A program made the position numbers and the translations under genes. DNA of 64,000 nucleotides from a virus. The notes beneath the pieces were generated by a model, which was given only the letters and a program-made list of their open reading frames with translations, was not told the origin of the DNA and did not search any database. Within the stretch, counting starts at the first letter, position 1. The number at the start of each line of letters is the position of its first letter. Of this stretch, positions 57,301 through 64,000 are shown piece by piece. The stretch spans positions 93,998-157,997 of the IMG/VR virus record IMGVR_UViG_3300045738_001212; one strand, written 5' to 3'.

Positions 57301-58348
57301 CACCGTCCATAGTAAAACCTACTGGCTCTACCATTCCCGCAGAGACTCTAGCATGTAACAAACCCCAATATTCTTTCGGATTGAAACGAACATAGGGTCT
57401 CCACTTTGTGCCTCGCACTCGCAATGGGTGGACATCACCGTGGTAACCAATCCAGTGACAAGCAGCCGCATTGCCTCCGTAGCAAGCTGAATCTTTTATA
57501 TTATAAATGTTTGTCACGTCGTACACTGGACCGACTAGGTTGGTCCCATAACGAGGGTTACCACCGAAGCCCGGTCTTCCAATGAAAGAAGCAAGGGCGC
57601 AATCTCTTTTAATCATTCCCTTCTCCTTATTGAAGAATCCGGGGCGGCCTACTCTTCCAAATAAATTCGCGCCAAACCAACTCTTGTTTGCTGGATTGGA
57701 AAATCCTTCCCCCTCCAGATAACAATTCGGACACATTGCCTCAAGCTCCACCATTGCGTGTGAGTCTTTCCCGAATGCTGTACGATACACATTTTGCCTC
57801 GGGTCAACTGCTTGCTCCCATCTCATACGCTGTGGGCCTTGTTTTTTAGCTAATCCAACGTAAATTTTATCCAATATTACTGAGTAGTCTTTGAACGTAA
57901 CATGTAATACTTTTTGATTTGGCTCTATGCTAATGTTGTAATCGAACAGATACATTCTGGCGAACACTAAGCCGTGGATATAAATGGTATAGAAATTTCC
58001 GAGCACTGTTTCCTGAAGGAAATTCGCAGCCGTTGCTCCTGTTCTCGGGTGTGTAGAGGTCAAGCTGACCCCTAATATGTTATCATTTATGTCAAATTGG
58101 GGGACTTGAAAGATCGTCATCTTGTGATCTGCTCGTCGAGGGGCAACTTTTTCTTCCTCTAACACCATACTCATGGTGATTTGAGTAGGGGACTTAGAGA
58201 AGCCCAAGTCAACTGAAGCGTTATATATCCACCCTCCGAAAGCGAACCCCTTGGGCCATAACCACGGATTTTTTCTAAATAATCCAGAATTCTTAAGGTT
58301 TACGCTCGGGATTACCTCTACTGCCTGTAAATTTTGTACGAATGCCAT
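54338..58348 (-). CDS. large probable tail/baseplate hub-like protein
   Basis: 1336 aa; beta-rich N-terminus, GTLREVLEQWC segment, C-terminal SINVSLSDGGVETSLTF; position in the structural operon. Confidence 0.55.
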   Translation of the reverse strand: MAFVQNLQAVEVIPSVNLKNSGLFRKNPWLWPKGFAFGGWIYNASVDLGFSKSPTQITMSMVLEEEKVAPRRADHKMTIFQVPQFDINDNILGVSLTSTHPRTGATAANFLQETVLGNFYTIYIHGLVFARMYLFDYNISIEPNQKVLHVTFKDYSVILDKIYVGLAKKQGPQRMRWEQAVDPRQNVYRTAFGKDSHAMVELEAMCPNCYLEGEGFSNPANKSWFGANLFGRVGRPGFFNKEKGMIKRDCALASFIGRPGFGGNPRYGTNLVGPVYDVTNIYNIKDSACYGGNAAACHWIGYHGDVHPLRVRGTKWRPYVRFNPKEYWGLLHARVSAGMVEPVGFTMDGGYLIIGTEEFQEKPCGEAPNVSYNFTELLDSLKLRGLKFGNITYPNGVPRSPDKNPRYRANYIGTLREVLEQWCGVFALDYYYRDNTNPLFPPVGANSFQGFYFLDLQRGADVAPIRNIVDPSTPMGMEFGATAAGTSAIISYKESSTLENTFVQSCITSNIKPFMVKERKKTITRYVPVLPLHPLDFSMPNKTETNYTSLLGEDFKYIQLANSFPWENPRFLPTQELGDASTHDGRLRLDHRTNRQLWDMDVSIALSRYSRELRDIYVGSRLSEYALSTLCPVDTYPVGHAQEGDTRLYTQAAGGGASNTLATQAQLEAVPAVPTSTKRKNFPGRPNAYEKKELTAQMEALGFQRISEVENVMVKQNVLEIFLNKQEIEDISMDAADYKIFVGYYDKALHDEYVAWEQRCAEGMYKFGAIVGGTLPAYPFVPRDYFGVTDGGAGLQPGDKGLSIPKLNSTFEPDAQQYPILSLEHGQQPTYSAAAFTAPYNGVLVNSGNFMPTGLYFCTLDNPWGYTKDNFDKEWSRAFNDNACQQFNDSLNTIQAGGFEEIVNRPWPEKKQSWDIGMFAPKFFDDTEQMLDACSDLLQNLYNDGKLVDEVSVSSWDIDYQFRNACKKVTLMVIPNVKTHPNIYFDAKYLGRGVVNTEARKQRELWELAERKRRQVADIRNKCDRDILYEFCEEAIKHRGRTDPASFQRGGWGNMDVNSCAVDPTGNYKEGFDKALIGGYIMPNGAPWNGMENSRVLRLTVVRNPDQEGYVPTSDLGHYHLMDLEEDLEYLPRKSFVKNIVYPMNNFKLVDNLGVRLPSSSRAFQLYSGIWNANVTIEDRMPELMEIYGEPPANENATAGIKVINNTIDPDMGAMLDPDGRGFVTKMYDQDGDAIQTIEQYHNVIAYGDAKQRPNIGGGLNNYSVLKPNQKVDLKLAGSLLDFPFFKQVCEPRNGLTSINVSLSDGGVETSLTFADRPAQAPQQESILNKIGPRML

Positions 58349-58353
58349 AATTT

Positions 58354-60723
58354 TTATCCTAAATCTACTAAGTCCTCATCATTATTATAAAAATAAAAGA
58401 GGTTTTCGTCAAAGAAAGTGAATGATTTTGTCATGCTGCACTCCCTCCCTCTTCTATAATCTGTATGCCTTTCCTGCCTTACCCCGTTAACCCAAATCAT
58501 TTCGGAGAACCCAGAAATTGGGTTTGGTATGCCGTCAATTGGAGCCCAAGCCCCACCTGCGGCTTCGCAAATGGTTTCGGTTGCATACGTGTCAGTCCAA
58601 GCGTTGGTAACTGTCCAAGTGTTGGTGGGTGTCCAAGTCTCGGATGCTCCTTCGCAAGTTGCTTTCGTAGCATATTGAGTATTAGAGCAAAGCCCATCAT
58701 ACTCCAAACAGGTTACCTCTGTGGAATACACAGCGTTACTACAAGTTCCATCGTTTAAGCAGGTCGCTTCAGTTATGTGCTGAGAATCACTACAGGAAGG
58801 GGCAACGGTACAAATTCGTATAGACTCTTTGATTATCGAAGGCTTTTCTCCCGTAACCATTGGCGCGAAACATAATTCCGGGGTATAAACTTCTTCTGCT
58901 AGGCGTGGGTAGCTTGGCCCCGCTTGGAGCCCCGGCAATCCCCCCAAGATAGTCAAACTTGGGACGTTAACGGGCAAGTCCCACTCTTGGAAATTAGCAT
59001 TGTTTGAACTATTCCCGGTTCTATAAAAGCCAGTTGAGTAATCGATATCCTCGATTAGCTTCTGGCCGTTATAATAGACGTGCTTATCGTGCACGTATTG
59101 ACCGGAAACCCCCGTGATAATCACGTTACAAGAGTTGCCTGTTTGTATAAACTGGGCGTGTGCTGGCCAATATCCACCGTTTCCAGTAACAAATCGGTGG
59201 GATACTAAACACCCGCTAAAATCTACACATATGGAGGTGTCTTCAAGAATATCATAAATTAGATTATGCTCTCCCGCCTCATACCCAACTAAAGACCTGT
59301 CGTCGAATATCTCATAATCGTAATAGTGTCCCCCTTCTTGTCCATCAGCCATGACAGCGGTGGAATCATCTCCAGAAGTCAAAAGAGTCGGATCATTTAT
59401 AGATTGCTGGAACAAACCACAATGGTACAGCCTGATAGCGTCCCCAGTAACCTTGTCCTCTATGGGGTGAAGCTGGGTATCCGTTCTCGGGTTGTCAAAA
59501 ACAGATATTTCTAAGTGTTCTCCGGCTGCTAATTTATTTTTAAAATTTAAAAAATATCTGTTATAGAGACCTAATTTCTCGTGATCATATATCACCCCTG
59601 TGACATCCTCGCTTAACGAAGTGGTGTTGATGTCTCCTGTTAAAAATGTTGTTAACGTCCCCGACTCTATCAACCCTGTTACTCCCGAAGAAAAAGCAGT
59701 AAGGACAGTCGATCCGTCCAAGTCGGTCACGTATTTGTTTCTTATTTCATACCCAGTGATTCCAGTGGTATAAATTATGACCTCTTCAAAACCCGTGATA
59801 GTCGGAGAAAGTATCTCTGACGAGACATTGGTTACGTTTGTGCCACTTGCGAACATGCACTTGCATTGGTCATCAGCAGTGGTTCCCCCAATAGCGGTAT
59901 TGTACAAGGCGAAGTTGCGTATATAACCTTGGTACCCAGTGTAGTAAATATTACCTTCGACATCATTACCGTGGTATGGACTTCCGTCAGGGTATACTGC
60001 TTTTTCAGGGAAACTTCCAAGATATATCTTATCGGAATCAAAAATGTGTTGAGAAATCAAACTTACAAAATCCGAAGCTTCTGTTTCCATGTCGTAAAGA
60101 CCAATGGAGACCTGATTTAAGTCCTTTAGTACGCTTACTATTGAATGGGTACCTATTTCCCTATTTAGGGTTTGGCCGACGGGAATACCATTATCGTTGT
60201 ATTGAATATACAGCCTATTTGATTGGTTGATTCCTACAAAAAAACCAGAAGTGGAATCATAGGCATTCATCGAAGAAAGAAGGACTCGCGAAAGATTGTC
60301 CTCGTCTGAATAATTACACAGAGATGGGTTGATATCTATTATTGCAGTCCACCCCGCGAAGGGGACACTTATGCCCACCCTTACCCAGTCTTCCTTGGTA
60401 AAAAGACCAAAATCTGTAACAGGTTTGTCTGTTTTTCCGATAGAAAACCCCGGCAAAAGATCAGCGTTAACTACCTGTGCATATGTCCAAGCGTTTGCTG
60501 AAGCGTCACATTCCGTTTTTGTGTCGTACTGAGGGTCAGAACAGGTGCCCGCGAAATCTTCAACACCTACCACGAAGTGGTCTCCAGTCGGATAATTAAG
60601 GTTAAATATGTAGTCCCCTACCGGATTATCCTGAGTTCCACTGTCGAAATCATAAAAGACTTTAAGTTCTCCCGTTTCCAAGGAACTAGCTGTTAAGCAG
60701 TCTATGTAATTTCCATATTTCAT
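58354..60723 (-). CDS. probable virion protein with a LamG/ConA-like domain and nested C-C-W modules
   Basis: 789 aa; VFYDF...GFFVGINQSNRLYIQY...IYLG...GYIRNFALYN; GTGTAA at 60741-60746 upstream. Confidence 0.7.
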   Translation of the reverse strand: MKYGNYIDCLTASSLETGELKVFYDFDSGTQDNPVGDYIFNLNYPTGDHFVVGVEDFAGTCSDPQYDTKTECDASANAWTYAQVVNADLLPGFSIGKTDKPVTDFGLFTKEDWVRVGISVPFAGWTAIIDINPSLCNYSDEDNLSRVLLSSMNAYDSTSGFFVGINQSNRLYIQYNDNGIPVGQTLNREIGTHSIVSVLKDLNQVSIGLYDMETEASDFVSLISQHIFDSDKIYLGSFPEKAVYPDGSPYHGNDVEGNIYYTGYQGYIRNFALYNTAIGGTTADDQCKCMFASGTNVTNVSSEILSPTITGFEEVIIYTTGITGYEIRNKYVTDLDGSTVLTAFSSGVTGLIESGTLTTFLTGDINTTSLSEDVTGVIYDHEKLGLYNRYFLNFKNKLAAGEHLEISVFDNPRTDTQLHPIEDKVTGDAIRLYHCGLFQQSINDPTLLTSGDDSTAVMADGQEGGHYYDYEIFDDRSLVGYEAGEHNLIYDILEDTSICVDFSGCLVSHRFVTGNGGYWPAHAQFIQTGNSCNVIITGVSGQYVHDKHVYYNGQKLIEDIDYSTGFYRTGNSSNNANFQEWDLPVNVPSLTILGGLPGLQAGPSYPRLAEEVYTPELCFAPMVTGEKPSIIKESIRICTVAPSCSDSQHITEATCLNDGTCSNAVYSTEVTCLEYDGLCSNTQYATKATCEGASETWTPTNTWTVTNAWTDTYATETICEAAGGAWAPIDGIPNPISGFSEMIWVNGVRQERHTDYRRGRECSMTKSFTFFDENLFYFYNNDEDLVDLG
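58546..58815 (-). repeat. nested C-C-W module array (3 openers, 3 closers, inside an outer module)
   Basis: 18-nt-period closers (gtccaag at 58595, 58613, 58631) adjacent to three opener units. Confidence 0.75.
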
Positions 60724-60746
60724 CCGTTTACCTTCTTATATTACAC

Positions 60747-62603
60747 CTAGAAACCCCACTTATACCCCGGAGGTCTTATATATTGCATATTCAACGCGGA
60801 GAATAAGACCCGCGCCTGATTTAAAACCTCCATATGTTTTATGGTTGGATTATGTAAAAAACTAGATGACAAAGTGTACATATAAGGAAACTGGACATCA
60901 TCCGTACTGTCTTGTTCAAAGCGCGAAATGATTGGGAACATACCCCCGATAAGGGGGTACTTGGTTATGTCTATAGGAGCGGTAGCGAGTTCAACAGCCT
61001 GTCGAAAAATTATTAGTTGTTCGTGAGCCATTTGGTCTGCCGTTCTGCCCAAAGGCCATCCCCCAGCGGGCGGGTAAGATTTGCCATTCCAGTTTGCCGA
61101 GGAGTAGACGAGTCTTCCGTGAGCCGCTTGTCCATCTACATTTATCTTAGTATTCGTTTGAGAAATACTGTTGAGATTTTGTAATACATATACTCCATCC
61201 ACGTTTGCCGAGGCCATTTCTTTGTAGGTGTCCTTTGAGCTTGTCACGCTTACGTTATATTTTGCGTCAGCAACCACATCCAAATAATCTTCATCTGAAT
61301 AAGTGGCGTTCATACTTAACGAACCTTTGAGTTGATCCTCGTTCCATTTTATCGTCGTTGGGAACGGGTCTAATGCCCTGCTGTTGCCAAGGATACGGTA
61401 AACTTCGCTAGACGTGACTTTTTGGTATAGGTAAGCTTCTAAGTTGCTGTAAATTGTGGACGCTCCGTAAGCTAAATCTTTGAAATTTTTAATAGCTACG
61501 TTTTTATTTGGAATAGTTCCATAAGCGATTAACTTAGCGTCAATGGCATAAGTTGCGACCTCTGTCACGTCATCTCTATTAAACGAAATAGTATAATCAA
61601 ATACACCCTTGGTGAGGTCTGTAATTCCATACTGGAATGCTCCCTTAATGTTTATTTTGTTCGCCGCTGGCTCTTCGTTAATCGAGAAACTAACTTGATG
61701 GACTTGGCCGACAGGAACACCCAACAAACCAGCTACTTCATTATGGTACTCCTTTGTGTCTACGGCGTTATTGATTATGGTCCTTAAAGACGCCATCCCG
61801 TTAGCGTCATCGGTTGTGTATTGTGCCTCGTAATCTACAGTTTTGTATTCTTCTGCGATGCTTTCGTTGTGGGTAAATTTAGATTTTTTCAGGTAAGGCA
61901 ACCCAGCACCGCCGCCGAGACCATCGGGGTGATTTACGGTATATTTATATTTTTCCGTGACAGAGTAGGAACCCTCAAGCCTGTTAATGTTTTCCGACCT
62001 GTCGATTAGTACAGGTGTTCGATTTGCTATGAAAGATGGATCACATGTTCCGAAGTGGCTAACTCCGACGTATTTATCTACAAAAGTTATTGCCCTCTGC
62101 AACGGGGAAACGGTTCCATTTTTAATTCCCTTGGCTGAAACTTTGTGTACAACGTCAACCGATCCATCCTCGTTTTCTGTGAAATTGTATGAGTCGGTTG
62201 GGTCTAACACCGAGTCTGCACTAAAAATATCATAAGCTTTTAGCTTAACTGTGTATCTAATTTGGGATTTAGGTGACCACTTATCTTTCGGAAAGTCTAT
62301 TGAGTCCACCACCACGGATGGGAATTTATAATATTCAATCGCGCCCTCCATCACCTTCAATTCTGCAAAATTGTTCTTAAATGTCTCGGCAAACTCTATG
62401 CCCAAGTCCCTAGTAGTTCCACCTACGGGAGCTTCAAGCTGGGCGATAACGCCATTTAAAGTAATAGTTTCGGTCATGCCCCACCTATCACCATAATCTA
62501 TGGGATCAAGGCTTCTTGAGACAAAAGGGTCACCCTCTACTATAATGCCATCATAGTATACTCTAGCCGTCGTTACTCCGGGTAATGTATTAGCTAAACT
62601 CAT
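60747..62603 (-). CDS. probable virion structural protein
   Basis: 618 aa beta-rich ORF in the structural operon. Confidence 0.6.
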   Translation of the reverse strand: MSLANTLPGVTTARVYYDGIIVEGDPFVSRSLDPIDYGDRWGMTETITLNGVIAQLEAPVGGTTRDLGIEFAETFKNNFAELKVMEGAIEYYKFPSVVVDSIDFPKDKWSPKSQIRYTVKLKAYDIFSADSVLDPTDSYNFTENEDGSVDVVHKVSAKGIKNGTVSPLQRAITFVDKYVGVSHFGTCDPSFIANRTPVLIDRSENINRLEGSYSVTEKYKYTVNHPDGLGGGAGLPYLKKSKFTHNESIAEEYKTVDYEAQYTTDDANGMASLRTIINNAVDTKEYHNEVAGLLGVPVGQVHQVSFSINEEPAANKINIKGAFQYGITDLTKGVFDYTISFNRDDVTEVATYAIDAKLIAYGTIPNKNVAIKNFKDLAYGASTIYSNLEAYLYQKVTSSEVYRILGNSRALDPFPTTIKWNEDQLKGSLSMNATYSDEDYLDVVADAKYNVSVTSSKDTYKEMASANVDGVYVLQNLNSISQTNTKINVDGQAAHGRLVYSSANWNGKSYPPAGGWPLGRTADQMAHEQLIIFRQAVELATAPIDITKYPLIGGMFPIISRFEQDSTDDVQFPYMYTLSSSFLHNPTIKHMEVLNQARVLFSALNMQYIRPPGYKWGF

Positions 62604-64000
62604 ATTGGTGGCCCCTTATAAGTGTAAGTGAGTTCAGCCGTTAAACTGATATTTCTTCGAGAATCAAATGTGTAACTTAGGTTAGATAGATAGCCGACGC
62701 TTTGGAGACTGTTATTCGTTTTAGGGTGCAGCAAAGCTCCCTGTAGTACTGCTTTCGCTTCGTAAGCCAGAAGCTTTAGTTCCGCCCACGGGACAGTCAC
62801 GTTTGTTAACATATTGAAAGCGGGCCTTGCGTGTACCCCGTTCAAAGTAACCGATCTTTTTCCCGGTGTTGTTTGAAAAGCCGGAGCAACAGCACTTGTG
62901 CCGGGAAGGTTTCGTGTTATAGGGCTCGTCCCCCTGTTTATGATAGGGTGTTCGTTTACTATTTGTTTCGGCCAAGAGTCGTTCCATTTTACTTCTATTT
63001 TATTGAATAGGTTTGCAATATTACCGCCCATGTACCAATTGTTGTAAGTGGAGAATTCGTTCGAAAAAGTTTTTTTAAGGGAGTATGCTTTCCCCATATT
63101 TGAAGAAGTCACCGCTGTAGTCAAATACATGAAACAGCAATTACCTCCTTGTCCGCTTGCGTATTGGCCCCATCTACCAGCGGGGAGTAAGAAAGATAGA
63201 GTAGACCCCCACATTCCTACTGCAAATCCAACACCCGCACCCCCCGTGTGATTGTAGATATCTTGTATCCTCGTTAAAGCGTTATTGTCGTAATCTTTAA
63301 TTACTTCTATTATGGTTTTACCCGTGGCCGCATTAACAATTGCTTGATCGTTGTTGAAAGTTTTTTGATCGAACAGACTAAAGTCTACGTTGTAGTTTAT
63401 TTTCACTACCCCCCTCGTGTCTTTATCCACGTCAATTGTTTCTTGGATAGTCGCGCCAACTACTTGCGGGTCGTTTGAAAACGTTGTTGAGATTGTCGCG
63501 GTCAAAGATTGCTCGTCGTAAACCACGCTTCTTTGAACTGGCTGAGAAAACAAAGTGTCCCCAAGTCCGGGGCTGGTTACACCCGCTGAATTTAATTCTG
63601 CGGTATACGAGCCTAATATGCCTAAGCAATTTGCGCCAGAAGCGGCCTTTAGAGCGGGTATACCCGCAAGTAAGTTAGCCCAAGTCCCATCTCTTGATCT
63701 AATGTCCAGAGTTTCTGAAACAGATACCCTGCCTTCCTTATTGAATTCCACTGAATACTTTACATCTGTCGTATAGGAGGCGTAGGAGGCTGGCAAAATC
63801 ATTATTTTCTTGGAGAAAGAAAACTTATTTTGCTTGAGATCATAAGATTCAGTATAGTAGTGCTTGTTGTTTGCTCCGCTACCGTAGTCTTTAAGCGCGT
63901 TGATAAAAGTATTGTGCCCAAAGTATTCGTTATCTACGTCACTTGCGAATAGATGGACCGCAATATTTACAGCGGCGTCTTTGGGGGTATTAGCTCCCGA
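62600..64000 (-). CDS. probable virion structural protein, 5'-truncated by the window edge
   Basis: Frame of the 62600..63802 ORF stays open to 64000 (SGANTPKDAAV...FSFSKKIMILP). Confidence 0.7.
   Translation of the reverse strand, partial: SGANTPKDAAVNIAVHLFASDVDNEYFGHNTFINALKDYGSGANNKHYYTESYDLKQNKFSFSKKIMILPASYASYTTDVKYSVEFNKEGRVSVSETLDIRSRDGTWANLLAGIPALKAASGANCLGILGSYTAELNSAGVTSPGLGDTLFSQPVQRSVVYDEQSLTATISTTFSNDPQVVGATIQETIDVDKDTRGVVKINYNVDFSLFDQKTFNNDQAIVNAATGKTIIEVIKDYDNNALTRIQDIYNHTGGAGVGFAVGMWGSTLSFLLPAGRWGQYASGQGGNCCFMYLTTAVTSSNMGKAYSLKKTFSNEFSTYNNWYMGGNIANLFNKIEVKWNDSWPKQIVNEHPIINRGTSPITRNLPGTSAVAPAFQTTPGKRSVTLNGVHARPAFNMLTNVTVPWAELKLLAYEAKAVLQGALLHPKTNNSLQSVGYLSNLSYTFDSRRNISLTAELTYTYKGPPI

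Noticed and set aside
32124-60723. Diversity-generating retroelement or CRISPR array as the source of the repeats
   Set aside because: No reverse transcriptase, no adenine-specific template/variable pair and no identical spaced repeats; copies diverge at all bases while keeping the protein motif.
1-64000. Stop-codon reassignment
   Set aside because: Long intact ORFs tile the window in the standard code, and TAA, TAG and TGA all end conserved genes at expected positions.
63802-64000. Separate partial gene at the window end
   Set aside because: It is the in-frame upstream part of the 62600 ORF.

Overview
A gene-dense 64 kb segment of a large dsDNA bacteriophage genome (tailed-phage-like; host not determinable from this window), read in the standard code. 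1-12.2 kb: small accessory genes (ClpP-like protease, secreted trypsin-like protease, AcpS, acyl carrier protein), six tRNAs, an HldD-like epimerase, class Ia RNR (nrdB-nrdA) and dCMP deaminase. 12.2-32.1 kb (+): a ~400 nt structured intergenic element, dNMP kinase, a sigma-70-family factor, a glycosyltransferase/methyltransferase/nucleotide-sugar cluster with a SET-domain gene, and a replication module (RecA, DnaB, primase, PD-(D/E)XK nucleases, and a Pol III alpha split into PHP, DEDDh exonuclease and catalytic genes). 32.1-46.2 kb (-): two ~2300 aa Cys-rich probable virion proteins. 46.2-50.8 kb (+): Whirly-like SSB, more glycosyltransferases, putative SSAP. 50.8-64 kb (-): probable virion/tail operon. 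Most striking: (1) a ~21 aa C-x9/10-C-x5/6-W micro-module in four probable virion proteins that is recursively nested, with n opening halves followed by n closing halves; (2) strong S/T-G enrichment in the same proteins beside many phage glycosylation genes, suggesting virion glycosylation; (3) a candidate novel ncRNA at 12.7-13.1 kb; (4) an unannotated Cys-rich lipoprotein coupled to a secreted protease; (5) a recurrent GTGTAW candidate late promoter. All functional calls come from motif reading by eye; no searches were run.
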